Source of the DNA: Zygnema circumcarinatum SAG 698-1b
Lineage: Eukaryota; Plantae; Zygnematophyceae
Length of the DNA: 64,000 nt
NCBI GenBank assembly: GCA_037447605.1
Contig: CM074809.1
Coordinates: 2,780,689-2,844,688, forward strand
Reading direction: 5' to 3'
The number at the start of each line of letters is the position of its first letter. Position 1 is the first letter of the stretch. Below are positions 1-11,696 of the stretch, in pieces. The position numbers were made by a program, and so were the translations under genes. The notes beneath the pieces were generated by a model, which was given only the letters and a program-made list of their open reading frames with translations, searched no databases and had not been told where the DNA came from.

Positions 1-191
1 TCGCGACTCTGCGACAAGATTCACTGACACTCTGCTCAAAAGTATTCGAAGTTTGAACGATGAAGTGGCCGGTTGAGCTTATGAATCGAGGCCAGTTTGT
101 GAAGTCAAAACACTTTCATGTGATGTCGACATCTCACACCATGACTCATTGAAATACGGTTGGAGCTCCCTAAATGGTGGAAGTGCCGTGG

Positions 192-1509
192 CTAAGCTTC
201 TTCCATGCACATCGCTTGCAGTGTCATCCAAAGGGACGACATAGTTCCAACCTGGACAAAGTAAGGGACTTAGCAAGTTGACGCCTACTAAGGCACTTCA
301 TACAGACAACTCGGGCATACAAGTCGACCTCACTTGTTTATCAGTTGCATGGAGTCTCGCACGTGCCTTCTCAGAATGCGCTCTCCCATGAAACATCAGT
401 AAAAGCCTCGTGACTTCTTGGAACATTTTCGGGAATAGTTTATGGGTCTTAGGAGACCAGAGAAGTGGAGGAGCATTAGTCACTGAGTACACAGAATTGC
501 CTGCAGCAGGTGGAAAAAGTATCTACAAACGAGAAGAAACATCGGTCAGGAAAGCATTCTAAAATGCTACTAGGCATTGTTCTAATGAATCACTTGAAGG
601 AAACCACTTACAAAAAATGCAGTGTTCATTCCTCAGTGTGTAAAAAAACCATAAATGAAATGGTGGAGTGGTTAGGTCAGCGTAGTACTGGGTCGGAGTT
701 CATCCAGTTTGAGATATAACTGAAAGGTATCGAATAAAGACTTCAACGTTGAATGGCACTCGTGAAGTTCGCCACTTAAAATGAGGAGCTGAGACTACTT
801 CAATAACTTACCGAGCATCCTCCCACCAGTCGTCTCTCCTCAGTCAAGCTGTCGATGAACAGCCACGGGTGCGTGACGTACGTCTGCACTGGCCATGACA
901 TTGCAGGAGGAATGTCTGTGTACGGGACCTGCAGGCAAAAATTAAATCCCTCGACCGCAAATTATATATAAAAAAACAAGAAATAAAAAAGGACAGCTCT
1001 ACGTCCGCCTTCCGTATACCTCATTCGCCTCTGTTACTATCGTATTTATTTCCTTAGTTCAAACAACAAGGATGTACACTTTGCTCTGTCTTACTCCTCC
1101 GTGAAAGCGAAAACTGTGACGAGCCTGAATTTCAGAAAATACACATTGAATTCCATGAGTCAAAGCAAGAATCTAACCCGTACAAAACGATACCAGGAAA
1201 GTAAAGGTTCACGAAAATTCCACCAGGCAGGAGCGCTACCTTGTCCTATCCAGACAAGCGCAACTTCTTCACATACCAGAATTTCTGAAAATGCAGGCCA
1301 ATGCATCCTAAGCACATTGCACGCATTCCTCCCCGGAAACATCCACATCGTTCCCCCTCACTCACCCGCTTCCCGCAGTAGTCGAGCCACACCGCCTTCA
1401 CGGGCGAGAGAGTGGCGTTGTATATGGTGATGGCCACTCCCTCCTCGCTGTGCATCGAGCACACGAGCCTCCCCTCGGCGTCCCTCTCCTCCTCCTCCCT
1501 CCCCGCCAT
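192..1509 (-). CDS. von Hippel-Lindau (VHL) beta-domain protein, ~172 aa, 5 exons
   Basis: Exons 1509-1366, 928-812, 719-689, 500-334 and 251-192 join in frame through GT-AG introns. The product contains VCSMHSEEGVAITIYNATLSPVKAVWLDYCGKRVPYTDIPPAMSWPVQTYVTHPWLFID, which aligns by eye to the VHL beta domain ([59 protein letters not shown]), followed by LWSPKTHKLFP. An in-frame upstream ATG at 1545 is an alternative start. The last exon is the least certain. Confidence 0.8.
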
Positions 1510-1589
1510 CGCCCCGCGCCACCACCACCTCCTGCGTCGCTCCATCTCCTCGCCATGGCGCCCCCCACTGCTTCCAAGTTCCCATCTCA

Positions 1590-1810
1590 CTGTTCCGTAC
1601 AATGTATCGCCACAACTGACACTACCTCGATACGATAGGAGATGATAACGGTACAGTATGTGTTATCAAACCGTACAGTCCTTCGCAGGGCACCTCACCT
1701 TAGGTAACAGGATTTGCAGACTTACAGGACCCCTCCAATGTACGGTTTCGTATGTACGAACAAGTCGATTGTACCGTACGGATATGAAAAGGGATAGCCG
1801 TACAGGTTTG
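1590..1810. promoter_or_regulatory. GTAC-core cluster in the divergent VHL-like/SAFE1 promoter (putative SBP/SPL/CRR1 sites)
   Basis: Eight GTAC cores in ~210 bp (near 1597, 1651, 1673, 1740, 1754, 1771, 1776, 1800), several as CCGTAC or GTACGG. They lie between head-to-head ATGs at 1509 (-) and 1941 (+). Confidence 0.55.
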
Positions 1811-1940
1811 GATTACCGTAGCGCGCTTAGCGGCTAAGTCCCAAGGCTTCCCCTTCGCTCCTCCGCCGCTAGGAGGCAGGGGAGAGAGGGCGAGGGAGGG
1901 ACGGAGGGAGGGAGGGAGGGGGAGAGTTTGCAGGGGAGCC

Positions 1941-4900
1941 ATGGCGGCCATGGCCGGAGCGAGCTCCCTGATAGGGGGATTGAAGGCTGGGCCGAATGTG
2001 GTTCGGCAGAGCATGCCGGCTGGTCGGCACTGTTCTCCATCAAACGGCTTTCCATTGGTGGAGCATCAGTTGCCTTGTTTGCCGCGGCTTGGTGAGTTCA
2101 ATTGAGAGTCGAATTTGAGATATTGTCAAGGAAATTAAATTTTTGTCTTCAGAGGCCGCTTTACTGCGTTAGTGAGAGCGGTAAATGCTTAGGCTTGCAA
2201 AGGGTTAAGCCTTCATTCGTAGGTCTTGATGGGAATCAGGAACTATACACGTTGTGGCAGCAATGTATTTGAAATTTGATAGTGAGTGGTCGATGCAGAC
2301 ATGTTGTGACTTGATCAGCACTTGATCAGCAAGGTTGAACTCTTGCATCTCAAGTTCTAGCGACCCTCCTCCCCACGTTTCTAGTTGCTTCGCTGAATGT
2401 ACAAGAAACGTGCTAATGAAGGGAAATTTCTCATATACTGTCAAAAATAAATGAATCAATGCAATGTGAGTGTTCAGATTTTTGCAAAGGTGCATAAGCT
2501 GCTCCCTGCCGGCGCACTTTTGCAAAGACATTCTACCACATTTTCTTTTTTCATCTGCTGCACGATTTGCTCTTCTTTTTTTTTTCTTCGATTTGCTCCT
2601 CTCCTTCTCTGCGCTTCCGCCTCCTGCCTCTTCTTTCTGCTTTTACCCTACTTTATTTCTCGCCTTACGATCGTCACTCAGTCCTGCTGCTTGCCTTCAT
2701 ATCTTCATACTCCAATTTCCCTAATGACATTTGTTTCTCGAGTACACATCTCCTCGCCTGTCCTTCTTGGTGGTCTCCTTCCTCCTGCTACTACACCGGG
2801 CTCGCTTTCCCATTTTCCTTCTCATTATTGATCAATGTTTCTTCGCTCCTTTACCTGACTTCATGTACTAGCGAGAGCAGTCATTGCACTGGATCTCTTT
2901 TCTTACACTTCACGTTTCACATGTTTGATCACCAGCAGCCGTCAGCTCAACATTCCGACATTGCAGGAAACACGCGAGAATGGCCTTCACTATTAGGGCT
3001 TCCTCATCGGGAACTTTGACCACAGGCCCTCAGAACGACAAGCATGAAACGGAACTCCCAGGGCGTAACCTCTCTGCTATTCATCATGAAGATGACCTTT
3101 TGCAGTGGATGTTAGAGCAGGGATTGCCGCCGTCTAAAGTTGCTCTTGAAACGAGGCCGGGTTATTCCTCCAAAGGCAAGCCCATACATCACGTGGTGGC
3201 CAGCGAGGAGCTAGTGGTGAGCATACCTGTGCTGTCTGGCGAAACACGTAAAAGAATAATGCTTACTGACTGGCAGACATTGCTTTCATTCACCGGTCAG
3301 TGATTGACATTCTAACAAGCCATGAAATTGGCTGTGCTGTGGACGTTGAACCCAAAGGAGAGGCTCAGCAACTATGAGTTCCGTATTTTCTTACCGAGAA
3401 GCATGGGTTGCTGGCCAATGGCCATCAAGCATTGATTCTTGCAATCTTGGAAAATAAACAGAAATGCAGTTGTGCACCAGTTTTTTTCGTTTTTTAAGAC
3501 AGACGTAAAAAAGTTATTCAATGGGAAGACATTGTTGCACGCCGTTTCTTTCGCTCACACCTTCACTTCTTCAAAACTTCTCTTGATTAACTCTTCGTTT
3601 CATGAAGCTCTGTTGTCTATTATCATTAGTAAATTTTAAATGTTGTTCCCCAGGTTGAGCTGTTTCGGCCTCATGCACACTTCTTGAAGAAGTTCGATTT
3701 TAGTAATGATCAACTTCTTTGCATTACCTGCAATGTATAATGAGTTCGAGGTGTAGGGGTACACAAACGAGGTCCAAAATTGCGAGTTTTCGCTTAGATT
3801 CAAATGAACATTTAGAACACATGAGAAATTTAAAGATTTCTAATGAGGTTGGGAATTGGCTTACAGCCTGGAGATGTTGTGCTACGAATCCCTAATCACT
3901 TAGTCGTCACGTTGGAGCGTGTACTTGGGGACGAGACTATAGGTGAACCCGGTTCAGACCTTGTGCATGTATATCATTTTTGCATTCGTATGTATATGCT
4001 GTAGATATACACATTCAAGACCAGAGAAGAATGACAGTAAGTTGTATGTTTGGCAGTCGAGGATACGCCCAACGGAAGTGTTTTAGTGATGTCTTGTTGT
4101 TGTGATGGCCGTGTATGGCGAGTAGACTTGGAAGAACTCGAATTTCACATTCATGCAGTTGTTGCTCGACTTAGTTGTGAATGCATGTACAGGGCATGGC
4201 TCTGTCATTCTGTATGACAGCGACTTAAAAGTACTTTGTGGGCATCATGGCATGGGTGGCATACAGCGGAACTTCTCACAACAAACAAGCTATCTGAACT
4301 CGCATGTCTGGCGCTTTACCTTATGTACGAGAAGAAACAGGGGAAGAAATCCTTCTGGTATCCATTCATCCATGAGCTTGACAGACAAAGAGGGCGAGGA
4401 CAGCTAGCAGTGGAGTCTCCACTGCTGTGGTCGGCGGAAGAAGTGGAAGAATACTTTGAAGGCAGCCCCATGAAGGTGACACCTCTTTATCCAGTTTGAG
4501 TCTGAGGAGAAAGTGACCAGACCTCATGGCAGCTCGCATTGCAGCAAACATACATGAATACAGTTGATTGCCCATGTCCACATAGACAAAAACTACCATT
4601 TCTATCGTCAACTATGCTGCTTCGTGTGTGCTTGTTGTGCGTGTGTGTCTCTGTGTTTGTCGTTGCGGTATCCTCTGTGGCTGTCTTGGTGTTCTCCTTG
4701 TTAGTACGAGGTACGGGACAGGCTTTATCGTCACAATCTTGATGCCATTTTCATTTTGCGTCCTCCTTGGAGCCGGAACTTGCATTGCAGCTCCTTCCTG
4801 TTTGTCTTATGGTGGAGGAAGTCCATTCACAACTCAACTCAATATTCTTATGTCTCCTCTCACCTAGAGGACTTTATACTTTATCGTTTGCGGCTATATC

Positions 4901-7373
4901 AGTTGAATCATGATCGACTTGTTAAATGTATTAGGGATTTGTTGTGTTCGCCACTGTCTCCTCGACCTGAAACCCTTTCATTTGCTATTTTTATTTTTCT
5001 CCCTGCAAGCGTGTGGATGACTGAGCAATAATAAAGTGATGTTAATCGCAGACTCTGATTAATGAGAGACTCAAGGGTATTGAGCGCGAGTATGAGGAGC
5101 TGGACACAGTTTGGTTTATGGCCGGCTCTCTATTCAAGGTACGGTCTTTCCAACACTAGAGAAATCCTTTTGAAGGTGAAACACGTTATGTAGTCAAATC
5201 TACAATGAGAGAAATGAAATGCATATGGCTAAGGATATAATCAAGTCAATCGTCGTGCTACGGTGTTGCAGTAGAGTTGTGGCGAGCAAAGTGCTGTTGA
5301 CTTTTGAGTTTGGACAAAGCCAGTGTAACTCACGAAAGATCTGACCTTGTGAGTAGGTTCAGATTGATTCATCTCCGGACTGCTGAACAAATACATGGCT
5401 AGGAAAGGCTCTCCCAGCTGGGCAAAGGAAATGCGTACTGGGAAAGAGGAACATAAGCCTTTATGCCAAGGATCAATGGAGTTCATTGTAGCAGAGCAAG
5501 ACAAACATGTGTTACTTCAGAAGCGAGTCTTTAGGCAGATGGCACAGGTAGTATTCTGAGAGGATACATTAGCGAACTGAAATCGAGGGGTTGGGTTTTG
5601 CAGCAATATCCCTTTGACATCCCCACGGAAGCCTTTTCATTTGAAATCTTCAAACAGGCCTTCGTGGCAGTACAGGCGTGCGTTGTGCACCTGCAGGTGA
5701 GCCTTAGCCATTTCTACCTAATGACACTCTGCTGTAATGAGACTGCTCAGCTTGATGAAGTATGTTGGCATGACTACGATCCTTGATGACTTCTCGATTT
5801 TAAATCTCATGGCAGGGAGTGAGTCTTGCACGCCGCTTTGCTCTGGTGCCTTTGGGGCCTCCGCTGTTAACCTATCGCAGCAACTGCCGAGCAATGCTTT
5901 CTGCGGCTGATGGGCATATCCAGCTTGCAGTAGATCGCCATGTGAAGGCAGGGGATCCCATCTACGTCTGGTGAGCCTTCGTCCGCTGTCCTCCCTATGG
6001 ACGGCTTTTGCCTTCTCCTTCTATGGTCGTGCAAAGTCTTTTCAAACAGAGAGGAAGAACTGAACAGGAATGTGTCTTTTCTGTCTGTATATGACAGGTG
6101 CGGACCACAACCGAACGCTCGACTTTTGCTCAATTATGGCTTTGTGGATGATGACAACCCGTACGATCGTCTGAGCGTTGAGGTGAAGTTCACATCCTCG
6201 CTTCAGCCCTTTCCTTATGGAGGGTGCATCGCTGTTTGTATCTGATGGGACTGCATTTCGTGGACAACAGGCAGCCCTAGATCCCAATGATCCGCTGTAC
6301 CAGAGGAAGCGTGCCATTGTGCAAAAGAACGACCTTCTTACACAGAACGTCTTTCAGGTGTGAAGCCTGTGATGGCACCTTGGGCTATACTAATGTGCGA
6401 CATTCTTCTATTAACGCTCCTTTGAAACAGTTTTTCGCATTGCAATTGGTTCACTTCTATGTCTGTGGCCTACTCTTAGGTTCTGTAACTTTGAGTTAAT
6501 GTGATTGCTTGAAAGTCTGTGCATTGAATCACCTGTTGTTCATTTTGTTCAATGTAGATTCACAAGGGTCGAGAGAAGGAGGCGGTGGCGAGTATGATGC
6601 CTTATCTGCGACTGGGGCATGTCACAGACCCTCTGGAAATTGAGGCAGTTAGTTTTGCCCAAGGACCTGTCTGCGGGGTATGTTATTGCCTATCTATCGG
6701 CCCCTTCATTTGCCTTCTCTGCAATTTTCCCCTCGTCTATATCCTATTTAAAACGACCTGTTCTGGTTGAGTATTCAGCTTCGGAACTTCCCACAATAGT
6801 TTTCTTATGCATGTTGAATCTGTTGACCTTCAGGTTAGCTCCTGCAACGAACGAGCAGTGTTTGATCAGTTGGAAGTGTTCTTTGAGAAGCGGCTACAAG
6901 GTTATGGCAGAAGCTGCGAGGAGGATGACGCAGTGGTGAGTTTTGTTCGCTCGGTTGCTTGACATCATGTGTGCCGGTGTAGTTCTACAGAGGCCTATAA
7001 TGCATGACAAGAACAGCTACCTTTAGCTGCTAACCTACCTGCTTATTCAGCCATAGTAAAATCGTGGTCATGGTTGAACTGAATAAACAACCTGGCACAT
7101 AGAAGATGATGTGTTCTAACCATTAACGCAACATCATGTGAAAGTCAACACGAAACGTGGCATACAGGCCATGAACTGAATTCGAGTCCTGCGGATATGC
7201 AGCTCGCAGATGAGAACACATCTCCAAAGAAGATGGTGGCAACAAAACTGTTGCGGATAGAGAAGGAGATATTGAAGAGCGCTCTGCAAAGCGTGCGGGA
7301 CATGCAAGCGGAGTTTCCCCAAGCAGACCAGGCTGGACCGTGCACGGGTACATTCATGCCCACATTGAAATAA
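1941..7373 (+). CDS. SAFE1: Plastid SET-domain / Rubisco LSMT-like protein, SAFEGUARD1 (At5g14260)-like, 12 exons
   Basis: Exons 1941-2091, 2936-3216, 3867-3942, 4267-4475, 5052-5138, 5604-5696, 5816-5970, 6098-6182, 6271-6357, 6558-6677, 6834-6935 and 7203-7373 have consistent phases. Transit-peptide-like N-terminus MAAMAGASSLIGG. Motifs ELLTTNKLSELACLALYLMYEKKQGKKSFWYPFI, QYPFDIPTEAFSFEIFKQAFVAVQ, ARRFALVPLGPPLL and CGPQPNARLLLNYGFVDDDNPYDR match the recalled At5g14260 sequence. Confidence 0.9.
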
Positions 7374-8229
7374 AGTCATAATTTAGGGCGGCAGATTCAC
7401 GCAAGTTTCAACCATGTATGTACCATCAAAGCAGGTGGTTGCGACAGGCTTCCTCGTGGGATTTAGGGTTATTGTATGGTTGAGTAGTCTGGGTACGGTC
7501 ACCTTTTCATCATGGCGCATAATTGTAAGTAAAAGTTTTTTGTTTCTGTATTCAACCAGTCAACGAGATGGTGTGCTTCTTGCTTCAGATTGTAGTCTGT
7601 GCCATCCCTTAAATCTCCTCTCATCACTTCTCATGGAACATGTCTCTGCCACCTTGAGGTGCTTGCCATCCGCTTCTTCCAAGGGTGTTCGCGCCTTTCA
7701 AGTTCAGATTTGGTAGCTGCATCAGATATCTTGACGCGTGGGAGTGAGAAAATGTGCGTAACGGAGGCCGGTCTCCTTGCAAGTGTAGTGGAGGACCCTT
7801 TAGATTTGTGAAAGAATGGAATAGCTCGCGAGTCTCCTGGAGTCTCGTACACCTAAGACGACCCATGTTGTCGTTGCAATCCTTGCCTGGCGAACTATGC
7901 CTGATTTGGTGTTTTCGAGCTAGTGCGTGCTCAAGGACTTACCTGTGTCATTTTGGCTGGTTTCTTTCCTCGTGTGGCGGCTCAACCTAAAAGGACACTT
8001 GTCCAGCCGTGGGTTCCATACTGCAGGGCACCCAACGTTTTCAATATCTCCCAACCCGTACATATCTCACAAGTATTCAACCGGGGTCCTAATATACCGA
8101 TTCGTTGTAGTATGACTCTTCGCATTGGACTGTAGGAAGTGCACACGAGATCTTCAGATGTATTGGTAAATTATTAGCGCATAGATAATCTGACAGTGTC
8201 ATGAGAAATGGGCGTAAAATACAACACAG

Positions 8230-9245
8230 GTCGACCATTGGTTGGGAAAACATTGGCGAACGATTGCCCAAGCATTGCCAATTGTTGGCTTGGCCATGGT
8301 TGGCAACCATTGGCAACCATTGGTTAAACCCTGTTTACTGTTTGCGAGCATTGGCGTACTAATGGGGGGCGTCAACCTTGGAAAATCTTCCGTTACAGTA
8401 TGCAAAGCAGCAGTATCCGTACATTTGATACCAAAACCAATACAGTACTTTGATGAGACGCGTCTTAGCCATTCCTAATCAATTCTCTTCCGTAAATCAT
8501 TCCCAAGTTAGAGAAAGATCTTGGGACAAAACACTGCCAATTCTGATGTTATTTCAGTGTACGAGAAAAGAGAAACCCAGAGGAGAAAGAGAAGAGGGGA
8601 GAAACTTCTGTAGCGGTTGTTTTAAGATTGACACCCCCTAACGGGCCTAACGGTGTGCAGCCGATTCCAACGGTTGGTCCAATTTGTCCGACCGTTGTAG
8701 CACAACACAGATCGGAACTCTGGATCGACCCTTGGAATGGCTGCGATCCATGGTTGGCATTGTCAATGGTTCGAACCATTGGTTAGGGATTTTTCAATTT
8801 TTATATTATTCTTTTCACAGCGCACTCGATGGTAACTAAGCTGTCTAATGGCTTAGGCACACTGCGTTCACCTAATGTTGATACTTGAGTTCGAATCTGC
8901 CAACAGGCTTGTAAATTCCTCTTTCTAGGTAATGAGGTTCCAATCATTGCCAGTGTTTGGAAGCCATTGGATGCGTCCAATGGTTGGCAAGCATTGCCAC
9001 CTGGTGGAACCACGCATGGGTGGGCCGTCCAACCATTGGCATATCCCATTGGCCACCAGCAAGGGTCTGAACCATTGGATTGAATGGCATCCAGCCATTG
9101 AATAAATGATGTTGCCATTGATTGGAACGACTAGCTGGAAACCCCGGCTAACCATTGCCAATGGTTGCAACCATTGGTTCCTCAAGGGTTGCCAACCAAT
9201 TGTTGCGAACCATTGGTCCGCCAACCATTGCTAACCAGCGGTTGG
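8230..9245. mobile_element. Non-autonomous transposon-like element with ~20 dispersed (A)ACCATTGG / CCAATGGTT motifs and an internal imperfect inverted-repeat pair
   Basis: Dense reiterated aaccattgg/ccaatggtt motifs at 8233-8330, 8745-8785 and 8940-9235. An imperfect 17-bp inverted repeat, tggggggcgtcaacctt (8363-8379) and aagattgacacccccta (8624-8640), resembles hAT-type TAGGGG(G)TGTCAA termini. No transposase ORF and no clear TSD. Confidence 0.5.
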
Positions 9246-9249
9246 TCAT

Positions 9250-10675
9250 GCGCTCGCCCGCCCTCTGGCCGGAGAACGGGCGACGGCGGACGTGCGCGCC
9301 GACAAGCGCCGACGCCGCCCGGCCGTCGGGGCGGCCGCCTCTGGCGCCACTTGGGGGGGAGCGTACGGACACCCGCCCAAGGGTGACGTATACCGTACGA
9401 ATTCTTCATTACTCATGACGTATCCGGTACGAAATTCTGACTGTGCATGACGTCGTCATGATTCGGCGCGATCCTCCGCGGGGGCGCGGCGGCCCCTAGG
9501 GGTCTAGGACCTGCGGCGGAAAAATATGTCGGAAAATTTGTCTGCGACGGCGATTGCTGTTTTTTTTCAAGGACCGCTCGAGCGATGACGCGCGGGACCG
9601 ACTGCCTGCCCAAACGAGCCGCGCGAGGGCGAACTGGCGCCCGCCCGCCAGCGCGGAACGAAACCGAAAGGGGCAGGGCGGGGGCCGCGCTGGCAGAGGG
9701 CGCGCTTCCCATTGGCCTGTGCGCGCAGGCCGCACGGAGATCCGCCGTCTGATTGGCGGAGGATGGGGAATGTGACACTTGGCAGAAAGCTGCTAGAGCA
9801 GAATGTTTCATCGTCGCCACGTGAGTCGGTCCGAAAACTTTCCAAGGAGCGGTCCGATCGCGCCCTCCGTACCCGCCCTATTATTGGTCCCATTTTACGG
9901 CGAGCGCCAGCCGTAGAATAATAACAATTGAATGAAGCAAAAGTTGGGGCCCGACCGAGTTCGTTACTCGGAAATTAATTATTTCACCCGCACGTTTTGT
10001 TGACCGCGGGAAAATAAAAAAAACTTTAAGTCAAACGCGCCGACCACTCCGCCACGTGTCGCGCTCTGACAGGCATTCGCTGGGCGGCAGAGGACTCCGG
10101 GTTCCCCCTGGCCGCGGCGTCACGTCACGCTCTGGTAGATCCTGTCTGGCACCCACATGCGGAATGGCTTCTACACCGTTCGATCTAGATTCAGGCGCAT
10201 CGGGACCGTCCCTTGCACATGCGCCAGATCCAGGGCGTACTGACAGCGTCCCCCGGGCGGGCGGGCGGTCAGGCGGGCGGGCCCGGGCCTGTGCGGGCGC
10301 CCGGGGAGGAGCGAGGGCGGGGCAGGAGGGGGAGGGAGCCAGAGGATTAGGGTTGCGGCCCGGCCCGGGAGGCAGGGAGGCAGGCAGGCAGGCAGGCGGA
10401 GGGGTGGGGCGGGGCGGGGGGGAACAGGGAAGCGCATGGTCATGCGTGAATGCGCACATTGACATTGGAGGGAGGTTCTTTGGAGATATTTTGCTATGCG
10501 GGGCGGAGAGGCGGGTTTCTTGTGCTTCTTGGAAGGGCTCCGCGCTTCTTCCGATCATTCAGGGAGAAATGGGCACTCTGGAGCACATGTGGAGCTGGAA
10601 GGACGAAGTGGCCGACTCGGCCACGGTGGCGGACGGAAGAAGTCCACTTACTCGAGTCAACTGTTGATTTTTGGG
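9250..10675. promoter_or_regulatory. GC-rich promoter island and probable 5' leader exon of the receptor kinase gene
   Basis: Sharp rise in GC/CpG content, with CCAAT/ATTGG boxes, TGACG motifs (palindrome CATGACGTCGTCATG at 9446-9460), ABRE-like GCCACGTGTC at 10051 and a (GGCA)n tract near 10372-10395. Splice donor GG|GTGAG at 10675/10676. Confidence 0.5.
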
Positions 10676-11696
10676 TGAGCCATGCTCGAGAAGCTGTTCT
10701 TTTAGCTCGGAGGCGGGCTGTTTTCATCCCTGTGTAGCTTAGAACAGATTGTTGGCAGCAGAAAGGGCTTATTTTTCCCTCAGGAAAGCTGGTTTGTTTT
10801 TTTTCTGATACGCAACATATTCGAATCCAAAAGTGGACTATATGTGGCTGGAAGTCGACGTAGGGCTTGATGCAATACAATGTTCTAAAGGCATAAAATC
10901 TGATCCAATATTTTAGCCTTTACCTCTGCAAAGTCAATGCTGAGGCGAATAAGCTGAAATATATGCTGAAACTGGACCTTGAACCAAATGACAATGATAT
11001 TGACTAATGACAGAAGATGACTAATGATAATGATGGAGCCAGCTGAATACACTCCACCAAGTCTGTTTAGGGTTGGCACGTAACATGACTCATAAGGAGT
11101 CAATTGTTGCTTTGAGGTTAACTTCCGCAGACATGGCAGTGATGTGAGAGGCAACATTCTGTGGCAGACGGGTGTCGGTGTTGTCTTGCATTTGTGATCA
11201 GCAGGGCTGAGGAATGGCGCTACTAGCTGGGTGAACTGCGAATTGTTCAGTGTAGATTGTTGGTGAGGTTATGGATTGTTTTTAGTGGAATCGGTATTGA
11301 GGATTTGTGTCAAGCCAACAATGCTAAAATTCAAGCAGTTAAGCAGTTCCTCGATCACGAAAAATAGAGTTAGGCGAAGCATGTTTGGCAGGTTTCGTGG
11401 AGAGATGCTGAAAGGTGGTCTAATGGTTGAGATAGAGGGAAGTAGCTCACTTGAGGTAAAGTACTCCCTAACTGAAGTGGAGCATTTTGCCAAAAAATAG
11501 GCTATAAGTTAATGACGCATTTCTTTTGAGGCAGGCCGGGTGATTATTCGACTCTCTCTGAGAGATAAGGCTCGTAGTGTGGCGAGGCACGCATTAATAT
11601 GCAGGGTGGACGATAAGTTGGAATTCTTACAGAGCGGTAGCTAGTTATCTGATGCTTTGGACAATACATCGAGTGTCAGCTGATGGATCTGCTGAG

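Noticed and set aside
2200-2900. Purine-rich minus-strand coding-like stretch in SAFE1 intron 1, possibly a decayed retroelement
   Set aside because: Broken by stops in all frames, with no diagnostic gag, RT or integrase motif I could identify.
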